In this document: positions 60,844 to 64,000 of the stretch, one piece after another
Numbering within the stretch: position 1 is the first letter of the stretch
How the letters are laid out: each line of letters starts with the position of its first letter
NCBI GenBank assembly: GCA_963665235.2
Contig: CAXXLX010000001.1
Location: 3,968,001 to 4,032,000, forward strand
From: Candidatus Poribacteria bacterium
Lineage (GTDB): Bacteria > Poribacteria > WGA-4E > WGA-3G
Direction: 5' to 3'
Length of the DNA stretch: 64,000 nucleotides
Notes under the pieces: generated by a model
The model's database searches: none
What the model saw: the letters and a program-made list of their open reading frames with translations, nothing else
What the model was told of the DNA's origin: nothing
Made by a program: the position numbers and the translations under genes

Positions 60844-62115
60844 TTAAAGATTGCGGAGCGCATCCTGATAGACCGCTTGAAGGGGGACATCATTTTTTTC
60901 TGCAAGGGTTTTGCAATCTTCGTATTCAGGCACTGTCTTGATAAGGACTCCGTTTAAATACCCCCGTTTAGCGTGAACGGTGCCCCATTGCGTTTGTATC
61001 TTAATAAAATCACGATGCAGTTTCGCACGGTCAGCAGAATAAAACCTAACGCCAAATGTTGTGGTCTCGGTGAGGAGGAGTTTGATAAGGACATCCCGTA
61101 TACTGGGGGGACAGAGCACATTTATCTGTGTCGCAGGTCTGCCCTTCTTCATGAGAATAGGTACGAGAAAAACATCCAGGGCCCCGTGTTCAAGCAGTTT
61201 ATCCATGACATACCCTGTAATTTCGGGAGACATGTCGTCTACATTGGTTTCAATAATTTCGATGCGGTCGCTGAAACCGATAATGGAGTCCCGCCCAACG
61301 GGCGAGGTGCCGTTGGGTTGAGATGTTCAGGTGTGCGGTTGGTGTTTGGTCGTGTAGGGTGAGAATTTTTCACCGATACAGATTCGTAGAAGGTTGGGTT
61401 GTGCATCTAGGTCACGAGTGCCTGCACCGTACCCGATTCGTTCAAGTGTCATATCCGGCATAACGCCAAAGTCTTCTGCAACCGTTGTGATGAGTGCCGC
61501 GCCGGTAGGCGTGACCAATTCCTTCGGGATGTCGGTCTGGCGAATCGGCACGCCATTTAGGAGCGCAAGAGTGCCAGGGACAGGTACCGGCATCGTGCCG
61601 TGTGCACAGTGGACGAACCCTCGCCCGAGGGAAAGGGGTGAGGCGTAAACAGCGTCAATGCCGAGTTCTGATAAACCGATGACCGAGCCGACAATATCGA
61701 CAATAGAATCGATGCCACTAACTTCATGAAGGTGAACTTTGGTTTTATCGGTGTTATGTACCTTCGCCTCCGCTTCGGCGAGTCGGTCAAAAATGCGTTT
61801 TGCGGTGTCGCGAATAGTTTCATCTAGACTGCTTGCATCAAGGATGTCGAAGATATCCGCGAGGTGTCTACTGGGGCCATGCGTGTGTCCGTGATGGTGC
61901 CCTTCTTGTGCAGTGTCCGCTGTTTCGACAACTGCTTGTGTCCCAGTGATACCGTGTTTTGTGGTTTTTTGAAAGTTGAGGTCAAATTCGGTATCGAGGT
62001 GCAGTTTTGCCAATTCGGCTGTGATTGTTTCGGGGGCAACCCCAGCATCAACGATTGCCCCGAGGGTCATATCGCCGCTGATGCCGGAGAAACAGTCAAA
62101 ATATGCGATTTTCAC
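60844..62115 (-). CDS. larC: Nickel-pincer cofactor biosynthesis LarC, split by one in-frame TGA (61327-61329)
   Basis: FDCFSGISGDM, His-rich loop, HLHEVSGIDSIVD, CAHG..PVPVP, ELVTPTGAA, GYGAG; after the TGA, same frame: ETNVDDMSPE, MKKGRP, ETTTFGVR, PEYEDC. Confidence 0.85.
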
Positions 62116-62292
62116 TTGCAGGTGTCTCCACTGTGTTAGTTGTGGTTCATTCGCCAAACATTTATGATATACACATAATAACCACAAAAGTCCTTTCCTC
62201 CCCACTTTAGGAATGGGTTGTTGGTTTCCCAAATACTGGGGGGGTTCGAGGGGGTGTATTTAGAACGTTCAAAACCAAATCTAATTACCTAG

Positions 62293-62405
62293 CAGGACTT
62301 ACGCAAATTTAGCAGACCCCTCGTAGGGGCGGGGTTTTCCCGCCCGCTAATCTGCCGCTAAATCCCACTATCATAAGGATTTATCAATGCGCTGCGTAAG
62401 GCCTG
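62293..62405. mobile_element. Small MITE-like element with an internal GTAG REP
   Basis: Inverted ends CAGGACTTACGCA / TGCGTAAGGCCTG; internal GTAGGGGCGGGGTTTTCCCGCCC. Confidence 0.6.
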
Positions 62406-62419
62406 ACCTAGAAAACTAC

Positions 62420-64000
62420 TTAACCCCTTTGAAAGAGTTCTAGGAGGAGATTTCTCGATTCATGTCGCCTGAGTTTTTCGAGTGCGTCAGTTTCAATCTG
62501 CCGGACCCGTTCACGGCTAATCGCAAGTGTTGTCCCAATTTCAGCGAGCGTGTATTCGATACCATCAAGGACACCATAGCGAAGAACAATGACCTGGGTC
62601 TCGCGCGGGGTGAGCGTTTTATTGAGGATTTCTTCTAGAACCTCAATCTTGGAAAAGTTCAACAGCTCAGTTTCGGGACTAACCTGCGTAGTATCTGGAA
62701 TGAGGTCCCGAATGGTCATATCCGGGGATGTCTCCTTAACGGGGGCATCCAAAGAGACAGGTTCTTTGGTAGCTTGCAGGATTTCATCGACCCTTTTCTC
62801 AGTGAGTTCAATCTCCTGCGCGATTTCTGGAATTGTGGGTTCCCGGCCGAGTTTCGCTGTGAGTGAGATTTGCACCTGCTTGATTAGGCGCCGTGTTTCA
62901 CCGATGTAACAAGGCACGCGAATAATTTGCCCTTGCTGATCCAGTGCGCGTTTAATGGATTGCATAACCCACCATGTAGCGTAAGTGCTAAATCTGTAAC
63001 GGAGGGTATGGTCAAATTTCTCAACAGCTTTCATAAGACCGATGCTCCCTTCTTGCATCAAATCGAGAAAGGTTAGCGCGGTTTTGCTAAAGTGGTGCTG
63101 CTTAGCGATGCTGGCGACAAGTCGAAGGTTGGCCTCGACAACTTTCAATTTCGTTCCGTGTGCGCGGTCATCCGCTGCTCCGAATTTTTCGATTAGCGTC
63201 TTGAGGAGTTTGAGGTCCGTGTCAAGAGTTTCCAAAAGAGGGCGGAGCGTTCTTGGGGTCCACCGCGTTTTGGAGGTCTTTCCGATTTTATCTTGTCCCA
63301 TTTCCTCTAAAAGCGTAGGCGGCAGCTTCTCTATCAGCAGGACCATCTCATATTGTATGAGTGTAAAGTTTTCAAGCAAACGGGCCTCATCCGCCAGCGT
63401 TAAAGAGGAGGCTTTAAGCCAGGGCTTCTGCTTGATGTCCGTGGCCAACCGATTTTGCTTCAGCTCGGCAGCGATTACAGCTAATTTTTCAGGCTGTTTG
63501 CGTGTCTCTTCAATGCTGATCTGAATGGCATGCTTGGCATATTCTCGAAACCTACGGTCAAGGGTTGGCATCCAGCTCTCAATCGCTTTGATAATGCCCA
63601 AAAAGCCCGCCTGTATCAGTTCCGGACACAGATTCTCGGATGAGTCCGGACTTTCGACATGTTCTTTAAGAAGGTGTAGGGTGCCAGTGAAGAGCTCGGA
63701 TTTAATCGCTTCCAGCTCTTGCCACCTGGTCTCCAATTTTTGCGATAAATCTTCAACGAGCTGGATTTGTGTCTGAATTTGCTTTATAATAAGGCCGTGG
63801 TCTTTTTGTTCGGGCTCCAAATCTGGTTGAGGTTTGCGGCGACGTTTCGGGGAAAGATTCAGCGAGTTCACAACCCATGCTGGAAGTTGTCTAAAGTACT
63901 TCGTAAAAGTCTGAACACCTTCTTGGTAGTTTTCAAAAAGTGTCCTTTCCTCTTCAGGGGTCAGCAATGGGGTTTTCGATATGGTCTGTAGATACGTGAA
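62420..64000 (-). CDS. sigma70-family (RpoD/SigA-like) sigma factor, 5' end outside the window
   Basis: Region 1.2 [16 protein letters not shown]; region 2 [12 protein letters not shown]...[18 protein letters not shown]...RFSTYATWW; region 4 TLAEIG...[14 protein letters not shown]. Confidence 0.9.
   Translation of the reverse strand, partial: FTYLQTISKTPLLTPEEERTLFENYQEGVQTFTKYFRQLPAWVVNSLNLSPKRRRKPQPDLEPEQKDHGLIIKQIQTQIQLVEDLSQKLETRWQELEAIKSELFTGTLHLLKEHVESPDSSENLCPELIQAGFLGIIKAIESWMPTLDRRFREYAKHAIQISIEETRKQPEKLAVIAAELKQNRLATDIKQKPWLKASSLTLADEARLLENFTLIQYEMVLLIEKLPPTLLEEMGQDKIGKTSKTRWTPRTLRPLLETLDTDLKLLKTLIEKFGAADDRAHGTKLKVVEANLRLVASIAKQHHFSKTALTFLDLMQEGSIGLMKAVEKFDHTLRYRFSTYATWWVMQSIKRALDQQGQIIRVPCYIGETRRLIKQVQISLTAKLGREPTIPEIAQEIELTEKRVDEILQATKEPVSLDAPVKETSPDMTIRDLIPDTTQVSPETELLNFSKIEVLEEILNKTLTPRETQVIVLRYGVLDGIEYTLAEIGTTLAISRERVRQIETDALEKLRRHESRNLLLELFQRG

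Noticed and set aside
61360-61375. -1 frameshift at GAAAAAT in larC, as in L. plantarum
   Set aside because: The downstream half is in the same frame as the upstream half; the -1 frame stops within ~40 codons and does not encode LarC2.

Overview
Bacterial chromosomal window, probably Candidatus Poribacteria. This is an inference from the LamG protein ending in the 'AVEAKNKLAVTWGQLK' tail, two PhyH dioxygenases and WD40-cohesin-dockerin proteins. Housekeeping genes include lpxA, fused lpxC-fabZ, mltG, ruvX/yqgF, uppP, ispG, hisC, a KamA-family radical SAM enzyme, an E2 acyltransferase and ABC transporters. Accessory loci include a split methionine-synthase-like corrinoid cluster, a Type III-like restriction-modification pair, a frameshifted IS1595-family element and several broken toxin-antitoxin or Rpn loci. 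No rRNA, tRNA or CRISPR was seen. The most striking feature is a set of non-autonomous TIR elements (families A-D) that carry internally amplified arrays of REP-like hairpins with covarying stems. They nest inside each other, have readable target-site duplications and hit toxin genes: removing two of them restores the mazF start. Other highlights are an in-frame UGA followed by a hairpin in the larC linker, orphan Rpn C-terminal ORFs with their own ribosome-binding sites, a sigma70 with a duplicated region 1.2/2 module, and a stand-alone DisA cyclase domain.
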